This document shows, one piece after another, positions 34,617 to 48,500 of a DNA stretch of 64,000 bases. Each line of letters starts with the position of its first letter. Positions within the stretch are counted from its first letter, which is position 1. Location of the stretch: the NCBI GenBank assembly GCA_964247055.1, contig OZ176056.1, positions 9,176,001 through 9,240,000 of the forward strand, written 5' to 3'. Made by a program: the position numbers and the translations under genes. The DNA is from Paragordius varius (Eukaryota > Animalia > Nematomorpha). A model generated the notes under the pieces. The model saw only the letters and a program-made list of their open reading frames with translations. It had not been told where the DNA came from and ran no database searches.

Positions 34617-37289
34617 CGTATCAAATTAAACAATAATATTTATCAAATATTCGAACTTTTTAATTTATTGGCTATTAATAGTAAAAAGTGTGTGCGCGCG
34701 CATTAGCAAAACAATTTATTATGAACTTTGTACTAATCACCCTATAAAAAAATTTATTATTATTTTTTTATTTTATCAAAAACATAAATTATTGTAGTTA
34801 TGGTATTATCCAAATCAATGATTATAATTATTCTGTGCCAATCTATAAAAGGTATGATAACACTAGACAACAAATTTTAACTTTTTTTAACTGCCATTCT
34901 TGTAAATTTAAAATTTATTTCATTAAAGTACATAATTAATATATCTGAAAAGAAAATTGGTCTAGCATTCAAGAATTTTTTTATATTAGAGTTTATCGAT
35001 AATTTTTGGCCCCGATTTAACATTAAACTCGAAATTTCGAATATTAAAAGTTTTAGATATGAAGCCATGAATTTTATAATTATAAAGAGCGCAAAAAACT
35101 GCATCTTTTAAATGGAAGTAAGTCATTTAAATCAATCGGATGTAAAAGTTATTTGCATTTAAATGGTCGAAATTTTCAATCCTTAAATCAGTCAAGAATT
35201 TTTACAGACAAACTAATTTGAAAATCATATAAATTATTTTAATATAATTATTAGGGTTATATTAGTATTTAATTTAAAAAAATGTTTCAAAAAGCTTTTG
35301 GTTTGCTTTTTTAATAAAAATTATTATTATCATAAATATTTTACCTAGTGGATACTAAAATGCATAGTTATAACTGTAAATTTATTACATAATGGCTATA
35401 AAAGATCAGAAGTACCTTAAACTTTGTTTTTATCTTTAAAATTTCGAAATTATTAGCCTCGTATATAAAATAAATAATATTGATGAGATGGAAATTTTTA
35501 AAAATCAAAAAAATTGAAAATGGCTGTTTTGAGTGACATAAAAGCAATAAAAAAATGTTTTAATCAAAAAACTTTCTTGTGTTATCTTTTTTGGACATTC
35601 ATCAACATCTAAACAAAGTTTGAGCTATTTTTATCCATTAGTTTTAAAAATATAATAATTAAAAAAATGCTCTCGCTTCGCGCGTTTGTCGCTCTTTGTG
35701 TCCAATATTAACTGTCGATGTAATACATATTAGTATGAATTTTATGGAGTTTTTATTACTCTTTCGAATGATTTATTACAAATGGGCATTACTTGTATTT
35801 CAAAGAAAAGTATTTTTTAGTAAAATTTTGATAAAGAGGGCGCATAATCAAAAAAATCAAATTATACAAAATTCTTCCATCATAATTTTTATTTCAGATT
35901 TACTGTTAGAATGATACTAAATATCAGTAAATGCAAAAGACTCGAGTGGCAAAAAAACTTGTTGTCCTGTGTTATGGAATATTTATTTTATTGCTGTATT
36001 TTAAAACGCAGTGTATCTAAGCATTTAGTTGCTTGAATAGCTTGATTTTAAACTGCGAATATCTGAATTATAAATTTGATAGTTCACTCGAGGCGTAGTA
36101 AAATATTTTTTATCATTTGCTTTTTTAGGTAAACCACAAGCGGAGTTGCATATCAAACATGGACATTTATCATTTATTATAAAAAAATAATCTTTTTCCA
36201 ATTTATATCTATAAAAATATATCTTCTTTTTCTAGCTTGATTAATCATACTAAAATATAGGTTTAAAGGATACTGCTTTCGTTTTTCTTACATTTAAACT
36301 GTATAAGGGAATAAGGATTTAAAATTTGAAAGATTCATATGATTCTAAAAAATGATAAAACTCAGTAAATATATATTTTTAACAAGTAAATAAACATAAA
36401 ATAAAAATGAATCTAAAAAAATATATTATAATTTTGGCGGAAAAATGCGAAAATATTTATACATTTATTTTTAAATTTCATTCCGAAGTCGACCGTGATC
36501 GACCGTTTGGCCACCCCAGAACTCTATCATATATTTGGAATGAATCCAATTTTATGATTATGGTTTGACGTTATTTTGAAAAAAAAATACAATTTTATGC
36601 ATACAATATAATACAGTTGTCTAATTAAACATCATAATATTTTAAAGCAGTGGTCCCTGGGCTCGCGAAAACTTGGCTTACCGTGTGTTTTTATATGGCC
36701 TGCCATCATTTAGAAGTGGTTAATAAGTAAGATTAAAGTTTAACCATAAGCCTGCCTAAACGCAGCCTGTAAATAAGGACAACTTTTTTAGAAAATTTAG
36801 CATTTATTATTTCACCAGATATTTTATATATTCATATGTTTGCAAATAAACATGCTCAATGACTACCATGTGTCACGATTATAAATCTTAATTTTTGATT
36901 TAATGGTATGATAAAATCAAAATATACAACGAGGTTGATGGTTAAAATTTGCTAAACTTGTTGAAAGTATCAAGATCAAAAACACAACCAGATATTTACA
37001 TGAACTATCAAGGAATATTCAACAATAGAATGTCTATTAATAAATGAATATAATGAATGAATTATTATAGCCATAATGATTCATCTTTTTAAATTTTTAA
37101 TTAAAAAGGAGTGCAAAACTGCTTTCTTAGTCACATTATTATAATTATGTTAAGATGTTGTTAAAAATAGTTTTTTCCGTTTTTTTATATACTATTATTA
37201 AATTATAGAGAACTATTTTAATTTTATTTCTAAATGTAAGGGCCTAAAATTTTCTATTTTGAAAACGACACCTCCGGAAAAGATTGCAG

Positions 37290-37725
37290 AGCCTTTTATC
37301 TTAAAGGTTTTGTTTCCATCAAAAAGTTTGAAGTACGCTTCAACAAATTTTACTAAAAATTAAATTTGATACAAAACGTGCATTATTGAAAAAATATGTT
37401 TTTTGATGCCATAACCTAGCATTCGGTTGCGTTTTTAAAGGGTGAAAAATTATGGTGAAACGCGCATTTATAAAAATAAATATTAAAAATTATTTTGCTT
37501 CTAAATATTGTATATCATATAGTTAAGTGATATTTTTAGTATTAAGCATTTAGCTTTTTACCAAAAAAATTATTTGATATAATGTGCACTAGTATTGCGA
37601 TGTTTCGATATCGCGCATTTACCGCAAAAAATCCAAATAACTTTCTATCAGTGCGTAAGCAAAACCTAAAAAACCATGATAATCCTGATAAATTTTTCTA
37701 TCAGAATATCTCTTAAAATACATTA
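37290..37725. mobile_element. Half copy of MITE family B
   Basis: GAAGTACGCTTCAACAAATTT (~37330) and CAGAATATCTCT (~37701) match 3732-3750 and 4120-4130. Confidence 0.55.
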
Positions 37726-39096
37726 AATCAGGGTTTTGAAAAATGGCTTGGCATTCAGCATTTTCGAATCAAGAAATCTTGCGGGGCCGCAATCAAAAAC
37801 TTCAAACTTATGGATATTAATATAAAATTTATTGAAACATAAGACTGAGAAATTAGCGATGTTTATTCCACCAATTATTGTTATTTTCCAAAATCAACCT
37901 TTTAAGGAAATAATTTATCTAAATAGCTAATAGCGCAAAAAATATAATTTACCATTTATCCAATAGAAATCGTGTTTATGAAATTAAGGAGTATATGATA
38001 CGAATACCTAAAAATATATGTTAAAGGTAAGATGCTATAATTTTTACAAATTCAACTAAGTTTTTGCTTTATTTGGTATTTTCAAACTTTTCGAAATCAC
38101 GAAAAGAAACGTGGGCCTTGTGTTGGACACCCCTAACCTAAATAAATTAATCATGATTTAAAAGTATTTGCACTTCAAATAAACATTACAGTCCACTATT
38201 TCAAAATATTTAATACTTTAATGGTTATGGTAAAATTTGTGATTATAATCTAATTTTGATTTTCAATTTTTAATAGAATTTACTTGAATATATTAAATAT
38301 ATTTTATAATGTCAAATTTAAGTAAATTATAATTGATTGTTAAAGTGTAGGTTATTTATAATTATATTTTTACAACAACAATCATAAAAAATTCTAAAAC
38401 TTACTCAAAATTCCTATTATAACGAATTCTTAATTCTTTCTATTATTCCACTCTTGATTATTGCCTGAAATTATTTATAAATACAAACCTACAAAACTTT
38501 CTTATCGGTGATCTTATATCGGCACTCCAATCTAATCCTAAATTTTTTTCAACTATATTTTTAGCAAAAAATTGATACTATGTGGCGCAATCCATTTAGA
38601 CGAAAAGAAGTCGCCGTATATCGTTGTAACGTTACATATCACGGGATGCTTCAATACAAGGATCAGTAAATTTTATATTTAATTTCTATATAGTTTCCCT
38701 CAAAAGTGGAGTTTGATATGGAAAGATAATCATTGCAAAGTTGAGACTCCGGTAAAATATTTTTAGTTTAACTACTTTTGTAAAAGCCATACTTTGTGAT
38801 AAAACTACCCAAAATAATGAGGTTAAAATGGATATACGCTAACCTAAAAAGTAAAAGCCAAAATTTTTTAATAAACACCCATATTATTTTTTCAAACCTT
38901 GATAGCCACAGAATATTTTAATCTATTAAATAATTGGGTTTTTTGGCAAATTATGTTTTTCTGAGATTATTTGAGATTGTTGAATTTGTAGTAGATTATC
39001 GACCATTAACGGTTTTATGGAAAAACATATTCCTCTCGGCTGTGTAGTGGGCTTTTTAAGATAATTTTGCAGTTAGGTTTTGGAGAGTGAAATTTA

Positions 39097-39385
39097 CAGT
39101 AAAAACTAAAATTATACGGAAAAACGTAAAAATATAAGGATCAATATTATTTTCTAAATGGCAACCATACTTTTTAAGTCTAGATTTATCTTAATATAAC
39201 TCATTGTTTTAAATGGCAAAGTCTGAAATGGAAATATATATTAATAACACAATCAAACAATGCTTTATTTTACGATTGTAACTAAATAGCTTATATGAGA
39301 AAAATTAGGGTTTAAGTATGGTTGTCTTTTAGATAAAAAATTTTGTCCTCTTGATATTTTTGTCCGTTAATTTCAATTTTTACAT
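39097..39385. mobile_element. MITE family A copy, ~160 bp before the satellite
   Basis: TA-CAGTAAAAACTAAAATTATACGGAAAAACGTAAAA ... TTTTGTCCGTTAATTTCAATTTTTAC. Confidence 0.75.
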
Positions 39386-39549
39386 TATAGTTTTAAATAT
39401 GATCGTCAGAATTGCCTTTTAAATATATTTTTTGTCTTTATAAAATTTTCAGTTTTTGCTATAGTGGAAAATATGCACCCCAAGTAGATATTACCCGTCG
39501 ATAACATCTATTTATTGGCTCTTACATGAAAATACCAGTTTTGTCAAAA

Positions 39550-42500
39550 TTTATGTTGCCTAATAACTTTTTAGTGTTTCCAACAATCAAATAATTTTTC
39601 CAACAATCAAAATATGTTGCCTAATAACTTTTTAGTGTTTTCAACAATCAAACATATATATTCAAAATTCAAATAATTTTTCCAACAATCAAAATATGTT
39701 GCCTAATAACTTTTTAGGGTTTTCAACAATCAAACATATATTTTTATCAATCAAATAATTTTTCCAACAATCAAAATGTGTTGCCTAATAACTTTTTAGT
39801 GTTTTCAACAATCAAACATATATATTCAAAATTCAAATAATTTTTCCAACAATCAAAATATGTTGCCTAATAACTTTTTAGGGTTTCCAACAATCAAACA
39901 TAAATTTTATCAATCAAATAATTTTTCCAACAATCAAAATATGTTGCCCAATAACTTTTTAGTATTTCCAACAATCAAACATATATTTTTATCAATCAAA
40001 TAATTTTTCCAACAATCAAAATTAGTTCCCTAATAACTTTTTAGTGTTTCCAACAATCAAACATATATTTTTATCAATCAAATAATTTTTCCAACAATCA
40101 AAATTAGTTCCCTAATAATATTTTAGTGTTTCCAACAATCAAACATATATTTTTATCAATCAAATAATTTTCCAACAATCAAAATATGTTGCCTAATAAC
40201 TTTTTAGTGTTTTCAACAATCAAACATATATTTTTATCAATCAAATAATTTTTCCAACAATCAAAATTAGTTCCCTAATAACTTTTTAGTATTTCCAGCA
40301 ATCAAACATATATTTTTATCAATCAAATAATTTTTCCAACAATCAAAATATGTTGCCTAATAACATTTTAGTATTTCCAACAATCAAACATATATTTTTA
40401 TCAATCAAATAATTTTCCAACAATCAAAATATGTTGCCTAATAACTTTTTAGTGTTTTCAACAATCAAACATATATTTTTATCAATCAAATAATTTTTCC
40501 AACAATCAAAATTAGTTCCCTAATAACTTTTTAGTGTTTCCAACAATCAAACATATATTTTTATCAATCAAATAATTTTTCCAACAATCAAAATATGTTG
40601 CCCAATAACTTTTTAGTGTTTCCAACAATCAAACATATATTTATATCAATCAAATAATTTTTCCAACAATCAAAATATGTTGCCTAATAACTTTTTAGTG
40701 TTTCCAACAATCAAACATATATTTTTATCAATCAAATTATTTTTCCAACAATCAAAATATGTTGCCTAATAACTTTTTAGTGTTTCCAACAATCAAACAT
40801 ATATTTTTATCAATCAAATAATTTTTCCAACAATTAAAATATGTTACCGAATAACTTTTTAGTGTTTCCAACAATCAAACATATATTTTTATCAATCAAA
40901 TAATTATTCCAACAATCAAAATATGTTGCCTAACAACTTTTTAGTGTTTCCAACTATCAAACATATATTTTTATCAATCAAATAATTTTTCCAACAATCA
41001 AAATATGTAGCCTAATAACTTTTTATTGTATCCAAAAAACATATATTTTTAACATTCAAATAATTTTTCCAACAATCAAAATATGTTGCCTAATAACTTT
41101 TTATTGTATCCAAAAAACATATATTTTTATCAATCAAATAATTATTCCAACAATCAAAATATGTTGCCTAATAACTTTTTAGTGTTTTCAACAATCAAAC
41201 ATATATTTTCAACAATCAAATAATTTTTCCAACAATCAAAATATGTTGCCCAATAACTTTTTAGTGTTTCCAACAATCAAACATATATTTATATCAATCA
41301 AATAATTTTTCCAACAATCAAAATATGTAGCCTAATAACTTTTTATTGTATCCAAAAAACATATATTTTTATCAATCAAATAATTTTTCCAACAATCAAA
41401 ATATGTCACCTAATCACTTTTTAGTGTTTCCAACAATCAAACATATATTTTCAACATTCAAATAATTTTTCCAACAATCAAAATATGTTGCCCAATAATG
41501 TCTAAGTGTTTCCAACAATCAAACATATATTTATATCAATCAAATAATTTTTCCAACAATCAAAATATGTTGCCTAATAACTTTTTATTTTTTCCAAAAA
41601 TCAAACATATATTTTTATCAATCAAATAATTATTCCAACAATCAAAATATGTTGCCTAACAACTTTTTAGTGTTTCCAACAATCAAACTTATATTTTTAT
41701 CTATAAAATAATTTTTCCAACAATCAAAATATGTTGCCCAATAACTTTTTAGTGTTTCCAACAATCAAACATATATTTATATCAATCAAATAATTTTTCC
41801 AACAATCAAAATATGTAGCCTAATAACTTTTTATTGTATCCAATACTCAAACATATATTTTCAATCAAATAATTTTTCCAAAAATCAAAATATGTTGGCT
41901 AATAACTTTTTAGTGTTTTCAACAATCAAACATATATTTTCAACAATCAAATAATTTTTCCAACAATCAAAATATGTTGCCTAATAACTTTTTATTGTTT
42001 CCAAAAATCAAACATATATTTTTATCAATCAAATAATTATTCCAACAATCAAAATATGTTGCCTAATAACTTTTTAGTGTTTTCAACAATCAAACATATA
42101 TTTTCAACAATCAAATAATTTTTCCAACAATCAAAATATGTTGCCTAATAACTTTTTATTTTTTCCAAAAATCAAACATATATTTTTATCAATCAAATAA
42201 TTATTCCAACAATCAAAATATGTTGCCTAACAACTTTTTAGTGTTTTCAACAATCAAACATATATTTTATCAATCAAATAATTTTTCCAACAATCAAAAT
42301 ATGTAGCCTAATAACTTTTTATTGTATCCAAAAAACATATATTTTTATCAATCAAATAATTTTTCCAACAATCAAAATATGTTGCCTAATAACTTTTTAG
42401 TGTTTCCAAAAATCAAACATATATTATATCAATCAAATAATTTTTCCAACAATCAAAATATGTAGCCTAATAACTTTTTATTGTATCCAAAAAACATATA

Positions 42501-45500
42501 TTTTTATCAATCAAATAATTATTCCAACAATCAAAATATGTTGCCTAATAACTTTTTATTTTTTCCAAAAATCAAACATATATTTTTATCAATCAAATAA
42601 TTATTCCAACAATCAAAATATGTTGCCTAACAACTTTTTAGTGTTTTCAACAATCAAACATATATTTTATCAATCAAATAATTTTTCCAACAATCAAAAT
42701 ATGTAGCCTAATAACTTTTTATTGTATCCAAAAAACATATATTTTTATCAATCAAATAATTATTCCAACAATCAAAATATGTTGCCTAATAACTTTTTAG
42801 TGTTTGCAACAATCAAACATATATTTTATCAATCAAATAATTTTTCCAACAATCAATATATGTAGCCTAATAACTTTTTATTGTATCCAATACTCAAACA
42901 TATATTTTCAATCAAATAATTTTTCCAAAAATCAAAATATGTTGGCTAATAACTTTTTAGTGTTTTCAACAATCAAACATATATTTTCAACAATCAAATA
43001 ATTATTCCAACAATCAAAATATGTTGCCTAATAACTTTTTAGTGTTTTCAACAATCAAACATATATTTTCAACAATCAAATAATTTTTCCAACAATCAAA
43101 ATATGTAGCCTAATAACTTTTTATTGTATCCAAAAAACATATATTTTTATCAATCAAATAATTTTTCCAACAATCAAAATATGTTGCCTAATAACTTTTT
43201 AGTGTTTTCAACAATCAAACATATATTTTTAACATTCAAATAATTTTTCCAACAATCAAAATATGTCACCTAATCACTTTTTAGTGTTTCCAACAATCAA
43301 ACATATATTTTTATCAATCAAATAATTTTTCCAACAATCAAAATATGTTGCCTAATAACTTTTTAGTGTTTCCAACAATCAAACATATATTTTTATCAAT
43401 CAAATAATTTTTCCAACAATCAAAATATGTTGCCTAATAACTTTTTAGTGTTTCCAACTATCAAACATATATTTTTATCAATCAAATAATTTTTCCAACA
43501 ATCAAAATATGTTGCCTAATAACTTTTTAGTGTTTCCAACAATCAAACATATTTTTTTTTCAATCAAATTATTTTTCCAACAATCAAAATATGTTGACTA
43601 ATAACTTTTTAGTGTTTCCAACAATCAAACATATATTTTTATCAATCAAATAATTTTTCCAACAATTAAAATATGTTACCGAATAACTTTTTAGTGTTTC
43701 CAACAATCAAACATATATTTTCAACATTCAAATAATTTTTCCAACAATCAAAATATGTTGCCCAATAATGTCTAAGTGTTTCCAACAATCAAACATATAT
43801 TTTTATCAATCAAATTATTTTTCCAACAATCAAAATATGTTGACTAATAACTTTTTAGTGTTTCCAACAATCAAACATATATTTTTATCAATCAAATAAT
43901 TTTTCCAACAATCAAAATATGTCACCTAATCACTTTTTAGTGTTTCCAACAATCAAACTTATATTTTTATCTATCAAATAATTTTTCCAACAATCAAAAT
44001 ATGTTGCCCAATAACTTTTTAGTGTTTCCAACAATCAAACATATATTTATATCAATCAAATAATTTTTCCAACAATCAAAATATGTAGCCTAATAACTTT
44101 TTATTGTATCCAAAAAACATATATTTTTATCAATCAAATAATTTTTCCAACAATCAAAATATGTCACCTAATCACTTTTTAGTGTTTCCAACAATCAAAC
44201 ATATATTTTCAACATTCAAATAATTTTTCCAACAATCAAAATATGTTGCCCAATAATGTCTAAGTGTTTCCAACAATCAAACATATATTTTTATCAATCA
44301 AATAATTTTTCCAACAATCAAAATATGTTACCGAATCACTTTTTAGTGTTTCCAACAATCAAACATATATTTTTATCAATCAAATAATTTTTCCAACAAT
44401 CAAAATATGTTGCCTAATAACTTTTTAGTGTTTTCAACAATCAAACATCTATTTTTATCAATCAAAAAATTTTTCCAACAATCAAAATATGTTGCCTAAT
44501 AACTTTTTAGTGTTTCCAACAATCAAACATATATTTTTATCAATCAAATAATTTTTCCTACAATCAAAATATGTTGCCTAATAACTTTTTAGTGTTTCCA
44601 ACAATCAAACATATATTTTTATCAATCAAATTATTTTTCCAACAATCAAAATATGTTGCCCAATAATGTCTAAGTATTTCCAACAATCAAACATATATTT
44701 TTATCAATCAAATAATTTTTCCAACAATCAAAATATGTTGCCCAATAACTTTTTAGTGTTTCCAACAATCAAACATATATTTATATCAATCAAATAATTT
44801 TTCCAACAATCAAAATATGTTGCCTAATAACTTTTTAGTGTTTCCAACAATCAAACATATATTTTTATCAATCAAATTATTTTTCCAACAATCAAAATAT
44901 GTTGCCTAATAACTTTTTAGTGTTTCCAACAATCAAACATATATTTTTATCAATCAAATAATTTTTCCAACAATTAAAATATGTTACCGAATAACTTTTT
45001 AGTGTTTCCAACAATCAAACATATATTTTTATCAATCAAATAATTATTCCAACAATCAAAATATGTTGCCTAACAACTTTTTAGTGTTTCCAACTATCAA
45101 ACATATATTTTTATCAATCATTTTTCCAACAATCAAAATATGTTGCCTAATAACTTTTTAGTGTTTCCAACAATCAAACATATATTTTTATCAATCAAAT
45201 TATTTTTCCAACAATCAAAATATGTTGACTAATAACTTTTTAGTGTTTCCAACAATCAATATTTTTATCAATCAAATAATTTTTCCAACAATTAAAATAT
45301 GTTACCGAATAACTTTTTAGTGTTTCCAACAATCAAACATATATTTTCAACATTCAAATAATTTTTCCAACAATCAAAATATGTTGCCCAATAATGTCTA
45401 AGTGTTTCCAACAATCAAACATATATTTTTATCAATCAAATTATTTTTCCAACAATCAAAATATGTTGACTAATAACTTTTTAGTGTTTCCAACAATCAA

Positions 45501-48500
45501 ACATATATTTTTATCAATCAAATAATTTTTCCAACAATCAAAATATGTCACCTAATCACTTTTTAGTGTTTCCAACAATCAAACTTATATTTTTATCTAA
45601 CAAATAATTTTTCCAACAATCAAAATATGTTGCCCAATAACTTTTTAGTGTTTCCAACAATCAAACATATATTTATATCAATCAAATAATTTTTCCAACA
45701 ATCAAAATATGTAGCCTAATAACTTTTTATTGTATCCAAAAAACATATATTTTTATCATTCAAATAATTTTTCCAACAATTAAAATATGTTACCGAATAA
45801 CTTTTTAGTGTTTCCAACAATCAAACATATATTTTCAACATTCAAATAATTTTTCCAACAATCAAAATATGTTGCCCAATAATGTCTAAGTGTTTCCAAC
45901 AATCAAACATATATTTTTATCAATCAAATAATTTTTCCAACAATCAAAATATGTTACCGAATCACTTTTTAGTGTTTCCAACAATCAAACATATATTTTT
46001 ATCAATCAAATAATTTTTCCAACAATCAAAATATGTTGCCTAATCACTTTTTAGTGTTTCCAACAATCAAACATCTATTTTTATCAATCAAATAATTTTT
46101 CCAACAATCAAAATATGTTACCGAATCACTTTTTAGTGTTTCCAACAATCAAACATATATTTTTATCAATCAAATAATTTTTCCAACAATCAAAATATGT
46201 TGCCTAATAACTTTTTAGTGTTTTCAACAATCAAACATCTATTTTTATCAATCAAAAAATTTTTCCAACAATCAAAATATGTTGCCTAATAACTTTTTAG
46301 TGTTTTCAACAATCAAACATCTATTTTTATCAATCAAAAAATTTTTCCAACAATCAAAATATGTTGCCTAATAACTTTTTAGTGTTTCCAACAATCAAAC
46401 ATATATTTTTATCAATCAAATTATTTTTCCAACAATCAAAATATGTTGCCTAATAACTTTTTATTGTATCCAAAAAACATATATTTTTATCAATCAAATA
46501 ATTTTTCCAACAATCAAAATATGTCACCTAATCACTTTTTAGTGTTTCCAACAATCAAACATATATTTTTATCAATCAAATAATTTTTCCAACAATCAAA
46601 ATATGTTGCCTAATAACTTTTTAGTGTTTTCAACAATCAAACATCTATTTTTATCAATCAAAAAATTTTTCCAACAATCAAAATATGTTGCCTAATAACT
46701 TTTTAGTGTTTTCAACAATCAAACATCTATTTTTATCAATCAAAAAATTTTTCCAACAATCAAAATATGTTGCCTAATAACTTTTTAGTGTTTCCAACAA
46801 TCAAACATATATTTTTATCAATCAAATTATTTTTCCAACAATCAAAATATGTTGCCTAATAACTTTTTAGTGTTTCCAACAATCAAACATATATTTTTTT
46901 CAATCAAATTATTTTTCCAACAATCAAAATATGTTGCCCAATAATGTCTAAGTGTTTCCAACAATCAAACATATATTTTTATCAATCAAATAATTTTTCC
47001 TACAATCAAAATATGTTACCGAATCACTTTTTAGTGTTTCCAACAATCAAACATATATTTTTATCAATCAAATAATTTTTCCAACAATCAAAATATGTTG
47101 CCCAATAACTTTTTAGTGTTTCCAACAATCAAACATATATTTATATCAATCAAATAATTTTTCCAACAATCAAAATATGTTGCCTAATAACTTTTTAGTG
47201 TTTCCAACAATCAAACATATATTTTTATCAATCAAATTATTTTTCCAACAATCAAAATATGTTGCCTAATAACTTTTTAGTGTTTCCAACAATCAAACAT
47301 ATATTTTTATCAATCAAATAATTTTTCCAACAATTAAAATATGTTACCGAATAACTTTTTAGTGTTTCCAACAATCAAACATATATTTTTATCAATCAAA
47401 TAATTATTCCAACAATCAAAATATGTTGCCTAACAACTTTTTAGTGTTTCCAACTATCAAACATATATTTTTATCAATCAAATAATTTTTCCAACAATCA
47501 AAATATGTAGCCTAATAACTTTTTATTGTATCCAAAAAACATATATTTTTAAAATTCAAATAATTTTTCCAACAATCAAAATATGTCACCTAATCACTTT
47601 TTAGTGTTTCCAACAATCAAACTTATATTTTTATCTATCAAATAATTTTTCCAACAATCAAAATATGTTGCCCAATAACTTTTTAGTGTTTCCAACAATC
47701 AAACATATATTTATATCAATCAAATAATTTTTCCAACAATCAAAATATGTAGCCTAATAACTTTTTATTGTATCCAATACTCAAACATATATTTTCAATC
47801 AAATAATTTTTCCAAAAATCAAAATATGTTGGCTAATAACTTTTTAGTGTTTTCAACAATCAAACATATATTTTCAACAATCAAATAATTTTTCCAACAA
47901 TCAAAATATGTTGCCTAATAACTTTTTATTGTTTCCAAAAATCAAACATATATTTTTATCAATCAAATAATTATTCCAACAATCAAAATATGTTGCCTAA
48001 TAACTTTTTAGTGTTTTCAACAATCAAACATATATTTTCAACAATCAAATAATTTTTCCAACAATCAAAATATGTTGCCTAATAACTTTTTATTTTTTCC
48101 AAAAATCAAACATATATTTTTATCAATCAAATAATTATTCCAACAATCAAAATATGTTGCCTAACAACTTTTTAGTGTTTTCAACAATCAAACATATATT
48201 TTATCAATCAAATAATTTTTCCAACAATCAAAATATGTAGCCTAATAACTTTTTATTGTATCCAAAAAACATATATTTTTATCAATCAAATAATTTTTCC
48301 AACAATCAAAATATGTTGCCTAATAACTTTTTAGTGTTTCCAACTATCAAACATATATTTTTATCAATCAAATAATTTTTCCAACAATCAAAATATGTAG
48401 CCTAATAACTTTTTATTGTATCCAAAAAACATATATTTTTAACATTCAAATAATTTTTCCAACAATCAAAATATGTCACCTAATCACTTTTTAGTGTTTC

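Noticed and set aside
36480-38140. hAT-like end motifs (GTTTGGCCACCCC ~36506, CAGTGGTCCC ~36648, GTTGGACACCCCT ~38120)
   Set aside because: No matching partner ends or TSDs could be established, so they are too degraded to annotate.
39710-39890. TTAGGG hexamers near the satellite edge as telomeric sequence
   Set aside because: Two isolated single copies arising from a one-base variant of the satellite's TTAGTG; no tandem telomeric array.
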